Shown here: positions 45,803 through 53,852 of the stretch, one piece after another
Position numbering within the stretch: position 1 is the stretch's first letter
How the letters are laid out: every line of letters starts with the position of its first letter
Virus record (IMG/VR): IMGVR_UViG_3300028800_000069
Location: 18,728-82,727 of that record
DNA length: 64,000 bases
Direction: 5' to 3' (one strand)
From: a virus
The notes under the pieces: model-generated
Seen by the model: the letters and a program-made list of their open reading frames with translations, nothing else
The model's database searches: none
What the model was told of the DNA's origin: nothing
Translations under genes and position numbers: made by a program

Positions 45803-46241
45803 TTTCGCACAGTCTCAGGATAAGGTCGAAGCGTTTGCGCACGCAATAGCACGTACGGAAGGCTACTATGTTAAGGGAACTATCCCAAACAGACTGAGCA
45901 ATCCGGGCGATCTAACGGTAATGATTCACGGTGAGAAGTACCCCGGACAAGTAGGTACGTATAAGCGTGGTGGATTGATATACGTAAAGTTCCGCAACAG
46001 CGCAGCAGGCTACGCGGCGTTGTACCATCAGATAGACAAGATGTTGATCGGAGAATCAAAGTTCTACAAGCAGGAAATGACCCTGCTGCAGGTTGGGAAA
46101 TTGTACGCAGTAAACTCCCGGTTGTGGGCGAAGAATCTATCGAGGAATCTCGGGGTTTCGCCTAACACGACTCTGGAGGAGTATTTTGAGCTACCGCCCC
46201 GAGTAAAATTTAGTGTGCCCAAAGGAGGGCCTACATTATGA
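45750..46241 (+). CDS. Secreted lysozyme-fold or cell-wall hydrolase-like protein
   Basis: Signal peptide; AIARTEG...RLSNPGDL...F...AAGYAAL...YA. Confidence 0.6.
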   Translation: MIRTILLTTSLLTATLFSFAQSQDKVEAFAHAIARTEGYYVKGTIPNRLSNPGDLTVMIHGEKYPGQVGTYKRGGLIYVKFRNSAAGYAALYHQIDKMLIGESKFYKQEMTLLQVGKLYAVNSRLWAKNLSRNLGVSPNTTLEEYFELPPRVKFSVPKGGPTL

Positions 46242-46822
46242 AGATCGGCATTGACGTTGACGATATCTGCGCAGATTTCCAAAGTTCATACGTACGTCTG
46301 CTGTTCAAATTGTTCGGTAGGCCACCTGTGGGAACTGCCCCTATTGACTGGGAAGGTTCCAACCTTCAATTGAGCGCAGATGAGACAGTTCGTTCGTGGA
46401 AGGAAGTTTCTAAGATAAAAGACTTTTGGTCTAACCTAGCACCTCTGCCTTCTTTCGATGCGGAAACTGTACAACTACTGAAGCTGGTTGTTCTTAGACA
46501 TGATGTATTCTTTATAACAAATCGCTTCGATACACCGGGAGCCAGTCCCATGAAGCAGACAAAGTACTGGTTCAATGTACACGCGGATATCCTAGCGCCA
46601 AACGTACTCATAGCCAAGGACAAAGGCCCCATGGCTACAGTGCTGCAGCTAGACGCGTTCCTTGATGACCGCCCAAAGAACTGCCTTGACGTTCTGGCGG
46701 CACGGCCAAGTGCACGGGTATACCTTGGAGATTCGTCCCATAATAAAACCTTCAACGATCCACGCATTCCCCGCGTGAAAGACCTGAAGGAATTCCTGTA
46801 CTTGATTTTGGAGGCAAACTGA
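46238..46822 (+). CDS. HAD-family 5'(3')-deoxyribonucleotidase
   Basis: IGIDVDDICADF, FITNR, FLDDRPKN. Confidence 0.88.
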   Translation: MKIGIDVDDICADFQSSYVRLLFKLFGRPPVGTAPIDWEGSNLQLSADETVRSWKEVSKIKDFWSNLAPLPSFDAETVQLLKLVVLRHDVFFITNRFDTPGASPMKQTKYWFNVHADILAPNVLIAKDKGPMATVLQLDAFLDDRPKNCLDVLAARPSARVYLGDSSHNKTFNDPRIPRVKDLKEFLYLILEAN

Positions 46823-47298
46823 TGATGTCACCTGAAGAAGCTTATAAGTATGACAGCACATTCCGCCAAGCAGTAGATCAGATGCGTGCACTGCTTGGCT
46901 ACTATGAGATCACCCCGGCAGAACTTCGGCAGGCCGCAATGCTGGCGTCCACAATGCACGAAGCAGAGCGCATCAGGCCGTTGCTCATAAAGTATGACAA
47001 AAATGTAGCACTATTTCCCTCAATGTTCGGTGGTGACTCTGGGCGCTTCCCTAGCGATAAACCTAACCCTCCCAGCAATGGTCCTTATTGCATCTGCGGA
47101 GCAAAAGGCCCAGACTACAAGCATAGTGCTACGTGTAAGCACTACAACTGGAAGCCTACATCGTTCACGGAGCATGTGTTTGGCAAAGTGCAGGGCATCA
47201 AAGATTACGAGTTCCGCGTATGCAAGCGTTGTGGTCTGAGCGACATATACATCGGGGACAGTAAAGACGCCTGCAAAGGCACAATCAAACTGCGATAA
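46822..47298 (+). CDS. Hypothetical protein
   Basis: TGATG coupling; YKYDSTFRQAVD...TPAELRQAA. Confidence 0.65.
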   Translation: MMSPEEAYKYDSTFRQAVDQMRALLGYYEITPAELRQAAMLASTMHEAERIRPLLIKYDKNVALFPSMFGGDSGRFPSDKPNPPSNGPYCICGAKGPDYKHSATCKHYNWKPTSFTEHVFGKVQGIKDYEFRVCKRCGLSDIYIGDSKDACKGTIKLR

Positions 47299-47308
47299 GG
47301 AGAACACC

Positions 47309-48379
47309 ATGGCACTCTTCGGCACTGCACCAAAACGTGTACTAGACCTTACCAAGCGCAATCCAATTCTTGATCCTATGCTGAAGAAGATGTCTACTCG
47401 CCTAGTGGGCCAAGAGTATGCCTCGCAGGTGCTGGTGGATATGGTCGCTGTGCACCTATCAGGACTAGGCGCTCCCGGTAGGCCAGCAGGCAACGCGCTA
47501 TTGTTAGGCCCTACAGGGTCCGGCAAGACGCACGCTGTGGAAGTGCTATGCGAGGGTCTGGTGGGAGACCCTAAGGGCATGCTTAAGATAGACTGCGCAG
47601 AGTTTCAGCACAGCCACGAGATCGCTAAGTTAGTTGGCTCACCTCCGGGCTATCTGGGACACAGGGAAACTCCTCCACTCTTGACTCAGAAGCGGTTGGA
47701 CGATTTGCACAAAGACCGCATGCCACTTAGCGTGGTTCTGTTCGATGAGATTGAGAAGGCTTCGGACGCGCTGTGGCAGTTGCTGCTGGGCGTGCTCGAC
47801 AAGGCTACGCTCACTCTCGGAGATAATAGTGTAACCAACTTCGAGAAGTGCATCATCATCATGACTTCTAACCTTGGCGCTAAGCAGATGCAAGTCAAAC
47901 GCTTTGGGTTCAGCACAACCGATGCGGTGGAGATCGTGGATGACAGTAGGCTGGACGATGTAGCCAAGCAAGCTGCCAAGAAGCACTTCACGGCAGAGTT
48001 CATGAATCGTCTGGATCACGTGGTGACCTTCAAGACTCTGACCAAGGAGCAGATTGCTCAGATCATGGAGATTGAGCTAGGCATTATCCAGCAGATGTTC
48101 TGGACTAAGGCCAAGTTCCTTTATCAGCTTACCCCGGCAGCGAAGTTCACGTTGTTGGAGGAAGGCTACAGTCAGGAATACGGTGCGCGAGACCTAAAGC
48201 GTGCCATTGAACGACGTGTACGTCTACCGTTAGCTGGCCTAGTGTCATCGGGGCAAATCGCACCGGGAGATGCTTTGGTCATCGACCAGATCAATCCCAA
48301 GGACGAGAAGTTTGAGTTTTCGATTCAGAGCTTGGCATCAACCAAAATCACATTCAAGGACGTGGAGAACATTCTATGA
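47309..48379 (+). CDS. Stand-alone ClpA/ClpB-type AAA+ module (D2 only)
   Basis: VGQ, GPTGSGKT, GSPPGYLG pore loop, LFDEIEKA, MTSNLG, EFMNRLD, YGARDLKRAI. Confidence 0.93.
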   Translation: MALFGTAPKRVLDLTKRNPILDPMLKKMSTRLVGQEYASQVLVDMVAVHLSGLGAPGRPAGNALLLGPTGSGKTHAVEVLCEGLVGDPKGMLKIDCAEFQHSHEIAKLVGSPPGYLGHRETPPLLTQKRLDDLHKDRMPLSVVLFDEIEKASDALWQLLLGVLDKATLTLGDNSVTNFEKCIIIMTSNLGAKQMQVKRFGFSTTDAVEIVDDSRLDDVAKQAAKKHFTAEFMNRLDHVVTFKTLTKEQIAQIMEIELGIIQQMFWTKAKFLYQLTPAAKFTLLEEGYSQEYGARDLKRAIERRVRLPLAGLVSSGQIAPGDALVIDQINPKDEKFEFSIQSLASTKITFKDVENIL

Positions 48380-48810
48380 AATACATTATCGAGTTCAAGT
48401 TAACAAACGGCGGTTGGTTGCGTTCCAGTAACGGCCTAAAGACCGTTAAGGATGCAGCAGGGCACCATGGAACGTACGAGTTTGATAGCCTGAAAAGCGC
48501 AAAGAAAGAAATTGCCGCGCAGACAGACGGGCTTGAATACCGTGCTGTTCTTGTAGAAGTAGAAGAGGCAATTGCTACGTCTATCGCCGCGCCCATTGGT
48601 ATCGATCCTCTTTTCAAAGGCCATACACTAAGCGCTGTGGGCCAGAACAAAGCAGTAGAGATCGCAGAGTTGTTCACTCAGCTAATCGTGGGTTTGGACA
48701 GCATTTGTCCAAAGGGACGCGAATTCTCTATTGTCCGCACCAAGCTGGAAGAGGCTTCATTCTACGCTAAGAAGTCCCTCATCAGTTCCAAAGCAAACCT
48801 AGAGCAGTAA
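48376..48810 (+). CDS. Protein with C-terminal Acb2/Tad1-like helical hairpin
   Basis: CPKGREFSIVRTKLEEASFYAKKSL resembles the RE-LA-TKLEEA-W hairpin of cyclic-nucleotide sponges (from recall). Confidence 0.6.
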   Translation: MKYIIEFKLTNGGWLRSSNGLKTVKDAAGHHGTYEFDSLKSAKKEIAAQTDGLEYRAVLVEVEEAIATSIAAPIGIDPLFKGHTLSAVGQNKAVEIAELFTQLIVGLDSICPKGREFSIVRTKLEEASFYAKKSLISSKANLEQ

Positions 48811-48822
48811 AGTTCTTAGAGC

Positions 48823-48876
48823 AAAAAAATTGCCCCACCGATTCCCGAAAGGGAGTTGGTGGGGTTTTTCTTGTTT
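48823..48876. terminator. Bidirectional Rho-independent terminator
   Basis: A7, CCCCACCGA-TTCCC-GAAA-GGGAG-TTGGTGGGG, T tract; between convergent gene blocks. Confidence 0.9.
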
Positions 48877-49251
48877 CTAGCTAACTTCTGGCGCTGACGA
48901 TACGTTGCCTGCGGCTGTGGTAATGCTAGTGCTGGACACCGTGAGATTCACAGTGAGCACTGCATAGATTCCAGAACCTGTAATTGCGGTGACCACACCT
49001 TTTACCGTGATGTCGTCCCCGGCTGCTCCGTAGGCATTGCCATACGTACGTGCAGCGTGACTTGCGTCTGCTGACTGCTCTACTGCATTGCAATCGTTCG
49101 CTTGGATGTTGAAGGTGCCAGTATCGAGCGGAGCTTGGCACGTCACCGTAGCGAGCGAGCCGGACCCAGAGACTGAAACTACCTTAGCGATGATAGACAC
49201 GTGAGCGTTGACAGCTACCGTGCCGCCGTTCTTGTTGATGCCTGTTGCCAT
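48877..49251 (-). CDS. Small beta-rich protein with internal duplication (possibly structural)
   Basis: Two similar halves (VVSVSGSGSLATVT / VTAITGSGIYAVLT); GAGGA RBS. Confidence 0.7.
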   Translation of the reverse strand: MATGINKNGGTVAVNAHVSIIAKVVSVSGSGSLATVTCQAPLDTGTFNIQANDCNAVEQSADASHAARTYGNAYGAAGDDITVKGVVTAITGSGIYAVLTVNLTVSSTSITTAAGNVSSAPEVS

Positions 49252-49273
49252 GTTGAATCCTCTTTCGAAAGTT

Positions 49274-49344
49274 TGGCGCGGACGGAAGGAGTCGAACCTT
49301 CACTCAGGGTTTTGGAGACCCCTCGGCACTCGGTGCGCGTCCGC
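49274..49344 (-). tRNA. tRNA-Trp(CCA) with reduced D-arm
   Basis: GCGGACG/CGTCCGC-G-CCA; anticodon loop CTCCAAA; T-arm GAAGG-TTCGACT-CCTTC; D-arm GCAC-CGA-GTGC. Confidence 0.8.
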
Positions 49345-49424
49345 TGGGGTGACGAGTGGGAGTTGAACCCACCAGACGACAGCTTCACAGGCTGCGGCAA
49401 CGTCCCCAGAGTTGCCATCGTCAC
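49345..49424 (-). tRNA. tRNA-His(GTG)
   Basis: GTGACGA/TCGTCAC-C-CCA; anticodon loop CTGTGAA; T-arm GTGGG-TTCAACT-CCCAC. Confidence 0.85.
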
Positions 49425-49544
49425 AGTCAATCTCATTTTGATACGTTTACTGATTCTAAAGGAGTTACAAACCCGTGCCATAGCAGTGGGTGGATGGTCC
49501 CACAATTCGTTCAGCACGGGCTTAGAATAACGTTATTCTAACCT

Positions 49545-50285
49545 TTAGAATCCTGTATAGGTCTTGATAATCTGCCTACCTATGAACCCTACGACCATTC
49601 CGGCATAGAACCAGTGCCGTTTGCCTTTACGGGCGTCCGCTTTGACGACAGCTATCTGATCGGTGCATACCTTGGCATCGAGCGTGGCCTGCGTCTGGAG
49701 ACCTGCTACGCGGTCGTTTAGGGTGCTGACTTGCTGACCCTCGGCCTTGAGCAGGGACTGGGCGTTGGTCAGTTCCTCGTTCTTCGCTTCTAGTTGCTTT
49801 GTGAGGACAGGAGCCTTCTCCAATTCAATGACCGTAGCGCGTGCGCCCTCTGCCGGAAGAGTAACACCTGTTGGAGCAACCGCTGCGCCAGCCTCAGGGA
49901 CCAACACGTTCCACCGTTGTGTGAGTTCCGTTGGAGTCATCGTACGATCTGCCGCTTGCTGTTTGGTCAGTGCTGATACGAGTTGAACCTGTAGCGCCTG
50001 AAGCTGTGCATCGCGTGCTTCGATCTTGGCTGCCAGTGCTTCGTACTCGGCCTTGTCCTGTGCAACCTGCTTTGCCAACGCATCGTTCTTCTCTTGCTGA
50101 ACCGCAGCAGCCACTTTCGACTGCTCAAGGTTAGCGTGGTCGTGATTAGAAATAAGCGTATCGATCTTTCCAATGCCGAACCACAGCACTAGCCCAGCCA
50201 CAACGGCAAGAACTAAACGCTCATGCCGCTGCAGCCAAGACAGTTCTGATTTTAGTACTGCTTCTACTTTTTCAACTGAGTCCAT
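49545..50285 (-). CDS. Membrane-anchored coiled-coil protein (spanin/Rz-like candidate)
   Basis: N-terminal TM, long coiled coil, C-terminal hydrophobic segment. Confidence 0.6.
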   Translation of the reverse strand: MDSVEKVEAVLKSELSWLQRHERLVLAVVAGLVLWFGIGKIDTLISNHDHANLEQSKVAAAVQQEKNDALAKQVAQDKAEYEALAAKIEARDAQLQALQVQLVSALTKQQAADRTMTPTELTQRWNVLVPEAGAAVAPTGVTLPAEGARATVIELEKAPVLTKQLEAKNEELTNAQSLLKAEGQQVSTLNDRVAGLQTQATLDAKVCTDQIAVVKADARKGKRHWFYAGMVVGFIGRQIIKTYTGF

Positions 50286-50294
50286 TGGTACTCC

Positions 50295-50726
50295 TTAGTA
50301 TTTATCCTCTCGCCTGTTCAGCCTGACAATCACTACAGTCACCCAGACAAATGGAACGTAGGTCAAACTGTACTCTCCTGCGTATATCAGTAGGTCACCG
50401 GGGCTGTACACTGAACCTGCATCGATCCAGTCGGCTAGGAAGTTTAGATGGGTTTTGGAAGTCATGATGACATGTGTGTCGTCTAGATACCCAGCATCCA
50501 ATGCTTCGAGTTTGAACGTGGCTTCTTCCACCACATCTGCGTCTTTACTTTGCGTACCTTTTTCCAATTCCAAAGCGTACTGTGCGACTTCGTAGCTGCT
50601 GATCAGTACTGGGAAGCGATCTTGGTTTGCGTTGAGGACTGCTTGGTTAAGCCCGATGCCGATACCGAGGCACAACAGAGGCAAAGCAACAATCCATAGG
50701 GCTGTCTTACGTAGGAAACTGAACAT
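50295..50726 (-). CDS. Membrane protein (DUF5317-like)
   Basis: LNQAVLNAN..FPV...H...THLNFLADWI...SPGDLLI; two TM helices. Confidence 0.65.
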   Translation of the reverse strand: MFSFLRKTALWIVALPLLCLGIGIGLNQAVLNANQDRFPVLISSYEVAQYALELEKGTQSKDADVVEEATFKLEALDAGYLDDTHVIMTSKTHLNFLADWIDAGSVYSPGDLLIYAGEYSLTYVPFVWVTVVIVRLNRREDKY

Positions 50727-50740
50727 GTGATAATCCTAGG

Positions 50741-50878
50741 AATCCGCTCAGTCCTGAGCATTACGGATTCGGCGCGGTCTCATTGCTGAGTCCTCAGTTC
50801 CGCGTCTTACAAAATGTAAAGCCCACGCGTCCTGATCTGGCGTGGGCTGAAGGTAGATTCGAATTGTCTCAGGTACCT
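50741..50878 (-). ncRNA. Candidate small RNA with repeated GGAC-loop hairpins
   Basis: Three hairpins presenting AGGAC; stems CUGA/UCAG and CUCA/UGAG co-vary. Confidence 0.45.
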
Positions 50879-51601
50879 TTACTGCAACTTGTTACATCCG
50901 AACGGAAAGTTAGTCAGCAGTTCATCGAACGCTGTGACCGCTCCCGTTTTGAACTCTTCCAGTGTGCTGTTGTTTTCAAGGATGATGCTCCATTCCTCAG
51001 GCGACACATCTGCAAGGGCCGTTTCCGAAGCGTGCGTGCTTGGCGGTAAGCCATCACGATCTACTCGGACTGTTTCTCCGTACTGCTGCACCCATGCCAT
51101 CTCGTTAGGGAAGCGCATGTCTGTGATCAGAGCAATCTGCGGCTTCTCCAGTTCGATGCGCTGAGCGAGTTGTCGAACCCAGTACTGCTCATCTATGCTA
51201 CGACGGTACTCGGTCCCCCACCACTGATACAGCGTACGATGCTTTCCGTAAGGGTACTGTGGAGACACTTCTGGGTTCTCCTCCAGCACTACCCAGTCCG
51301 GCAGTTCAATAAAGTTCTCGTTCGCCTGCACAAGGTGAGTTGGGCGATTTACAAGGAGAAAGCTCATTGCTCCACCAGAGCGCTTGAGTGCTGCGTTTAC
51401 CTCGTCACGCAAAGCATCTGCAAAGGAGTACTTGCGAATGTCGTAGCGTCCGTCTGGTAAGTACGTAGAGCGTGGATCAAACTTCACAGTGTCATCTGTA
51501 AGTCTGATAAGTCCACGTTGCTTAATGATTTCCGCCACGGCTGTATCCTTGCCGCTTCTGGCTCGAAATCCAAAGCCTATTACAACTGAGTCGATAGCCA
51601 T
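50879..51601 (-). CDS. Deoxynucleoside monophosphate kinase
   Basis: GFRARSGKDT, SFADALR, R.LYQWWGTEYRR, ITDMRFPNE, HASET, NNSTL. Confidence 0.92.
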   Translation of the reverse strand: MAIDSVVIGFGFRARSGKDTAVAEIIKQRGLIRLTDDTVKFDPRSTYLPDGRYDIRKYSFADALRDEVNAALKRSGGAMSFLLVNRPTHLVQANENFIELPDWVVLEENPEVSPQYPYGKHRTLYQWWGTEYRRSIDEQYWVRQLAQRIELEKPQIALITDMRFPNEMAWVQQYGETVRVDRDGLPPSTHASETALADVSPEEWSIILENNSTLEEFKTGAVTAFDELLTNFPFGCNKLQ

Positions 51602-51783
51602 TACCCTAGCGTGACCTTTCCCAGTGCCTTTAGCTTTGCGTTGAGTTCTTCTTTGGTTAAGCCGTATGTTCCCCGTTCAAACAGTGCTACTCCGGGGACT
51701 ACGACCTTACCGAGTCCATAGGTGTAAGCTCTAGCAGACTCGGTGCGAATGATGTATTCCTGTTGTTCGCTCATGCTCTCCAT
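51601..51783 (-). CDS. Hypothetical protein
   Basis: Coupled between nuclease and kinase. Confidence 0.55.
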   Translation of the reverse strand: MESMSEQQEYIIRTESARAYTYGLGKVVVPGVALFERGTYGLTKEELNAKLKALGKVTLG

Positions 51784-53399
51784 TTTCCATTGTACATCGT
51801 TACTATGGCCCGTTGCCCTGAAGGGTACGTGACGGTGTGTGAATGCGACCAGCTACTAGGACCATGGCAATAATCCCATTTCAGCTTTGTGCTGGTTCCT
51901 GCTACGTACAAGCCATTCCAGATTCCTGCGCTGTGCGTGTGCGCTGTGTTGGCGCGTCTACCTACTTTTTGCAGGTTCTGTGGTGTGCCACGTGCTCCAC
52001 TTGGGCCTAGGTGGCCATGCATTCCGCATTCGATTTTACCATTGCAGATGACGAATGATTCATCAGTGCGCAGGAACTGAATCGACTTCGGGCAGTTGAA
52101 CTTTTGCATTGCCCACTCTAGCATGTGGAACCGTTCATCCCCACGCTCTAAAGCTTCGTACGTGGCATCTTGTGCCTGTAGGAAGAAGCGAGCGTTCATT
52201 GGGTCTAATCGGTAGTCATGCTCTTGCAGCCAGCGCGTGATCCAGTTGTCGTGATTCGAGTCCACAACAACAGTCTTGCACCATGGCCGCTCATACGTGG
52301 CAACTTTACTTACAGTCTGTCTGACTTCATCAGCAACCGAGGACAGTCCGCGTAGGTACGCCTTGTACTTCGCATGACAGTTCTTCGCTTCGTGGTGGTT
52401 AACTGATACGCCTTCCATGACATCGTGCAGGAACTGTGTGCTGGGCCTCAATGCATCCAGCATCTCCTGAGACAATGCCTCTACGTTCGGGTCTAGCATG
52501 GTAGCGTGTAAATCTCCCCATGTAATAGACTCAATTTTATTCCCGGTGGTTACTTTTCCGTTCTTCACCAATACGTCTAGGTCTTGTAACTCGCAGTCTT
52601 CATGCGCTGCACCTACTTGGCGTACGAACCAGTTTCCATCGTGGTTGACTTCTACTACAAGGCAGGCGTATGCATGGTGATGCTCAGCCTTTAGTCCAGC
52701 CTTCTTTTGAATGTAATTCTTCAGTGTGCAGGCACCTGTAGTATAGTTTAACTTGGTGCCCTCGCCTTGCATAGTTGCAACTGACCGCATTGCCAATTTG
52801 ACATGCGGGAAGATTGCAGATTTGCGATGCGAGTACGTCTCCAGACCAGAGAGAGGATCGTCCGAGGTGGGCATGATATTCATTTCGCCACACCAGACCA
52901 GACCTTCACCAAGTTCAATGCGATCATCGGAAATGAAAGGTTTGATGAGCGGATCGTACCATAGTTCTTTCTCTACTGGTTTTGCTTTGCCTTTCTTCAC
53001 AGCCAGTTCACCGTAATGGTTCTGGTTGTAAGAGAAGGTTCCTACCATGATCTTCGCGTCATAGTGCTCAGCCAACGCTGTGAGATTACGCCAAAAAGGT
53101 TTATTCACATACGTATTATTCTGAGCCGCAGTCAAGATGTACCGTTCGACGTGGTTCTTGGTTGGAAGTTTTGCTTGCTCCTCTACGATGCCTTTTACGG
53201 AGCCAGCCGCGAGCGGTCTCTTAATGCCGCCCATCTTTTCGATGTGGTGATGAACAGTGCCGCGAGCCAAGCCCATTTCCTGAGCAATAGCAGCGACATT
53301 GCCACCGTGTTTGGAGTAGAGTTCCGCGATGCGCTCACGCTGTAGTTCTGCGTGATTCTTACGTTCAGCGTGTGCGACGTGTTGTTCTACCTGTCCCAT
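51771..53399 (-). CDS. HTH plus calcineurin-like metallophosphoesterase, T5 A1-like nuclease
   Basis: N-terminal HTH; TAAQNNT; WGDLH, HDV, SNHD, HGH, HTHS metal motifs; GAGGA RBS before ATG 53399 (track start 53420). Confidence 0.75.
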   Translation of the reverse strand: MGQVEQHVAHAERKNHAELQRERIAELYSKHGGNVAAIAQEMGLARGTVHHHIEKMGGIKRPLAAGSVKGIVEEQAKLPTKNHVERYILTAAQNNTYVNKPFWRNLTALAEHYDAKIMVGTFSYNQNHYGELAVKKGKAKPVEKELWYDPLIKPFISDDRIELGEGLVWCGEMNIMPTSDDPLSGLETYSHRKSAIFPHVKLAMRSVATMQGEGTKLNYTTGACTLKNYIQKKAGLKAEHHHAYACLVVEVNHDGNWFVRQVGAAHEDCELQDLDVLVKNGKVTTGNKIESITWGDLHATMLDPNVEALSQEMLDALRPSTQFLHDVMEGVSVNHHEAKNCHAKYKAYLRGLSSVADEVRQTVSKVATYERPWCKTVVVDSNHDNWITRWLQEHDYRLDPMNARFFLQAQDATYEALERGDERFHMLEWAMQKFNCPKSIQFLRTDESFVICNGKIECGMHGHLGPSGARGTPQNLQKVGRRANTAHTHSAGIWNGLYVAGTSTKLKWDYCHGPSSWSHSHTVTYPSGQRAIVTMYNGKWRA

Positions 53400-53426
53400 T
53401 GGTTCCTCATTGAGTTCCACGTATTT

Positions 53427-53455
53427 AGTATACCACGAGTTGGGTTTGGTGTCAA
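53427..53455 (-). promoter_or_regulatory. Near-consensus sigma70 promoter
   Basis: TTGACA-17 bp-TATACT with extended TG. Confidence 0.85.
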
Positions 53456-53459
53456 CCTA

Positions 53460-53813
53460 CTACTTCTTGGCTGTTCTTCGGCGGGGCCTTGGGAAGCACC
53501 CTGTGTTTGCTTTGCAGTATCCTGTCATCTCTGCTTGGGACAGGGCCATGCCTGTTAGGGTGTCGGATACCTTGCCTAGCAGTTCTATTTGCCTGTCCCC
53601 TTGCGTTTGCAAGGTCTGTAGGCAGTTGGTACGCTGTGTTACTAGTTCTTGGTGGATCAGCTTCTGTTCATCTTTCAATGCAATCCACTCTTTTCTTGCG
53701 CGACGAAAAGGCCACATAAATACTCCTAGGAGGCCAGTGATTACGATTCCCACTACGGTTTTAAGTGCCAGCGGGGTTAGTTGTGTCAGTAGCGAGTCGG
53801 CTACGAAATGCAT
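53460..53813 (-). CDS. Holin-like membrane protein
   Basis: Single TM, coiled coil, basic C-terminus; follows tail fibre gene. Confidence 0.55.
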   Translation of the reverse strand: MHFVADSLLTQLTPLALKTVVGIVITGLLGVFMWPFRRARKEWIALKDEQKLIHQELVTQRTNCLQTLQTQGDRQIELLGKVSDTLTGMALSQAEMTGYCKANTGCFPRPRRRTAKK

Positions 53814-53852
53814 TGCGGTACTCCCTGAGAATAAAAATACGTAGCCTACTGA

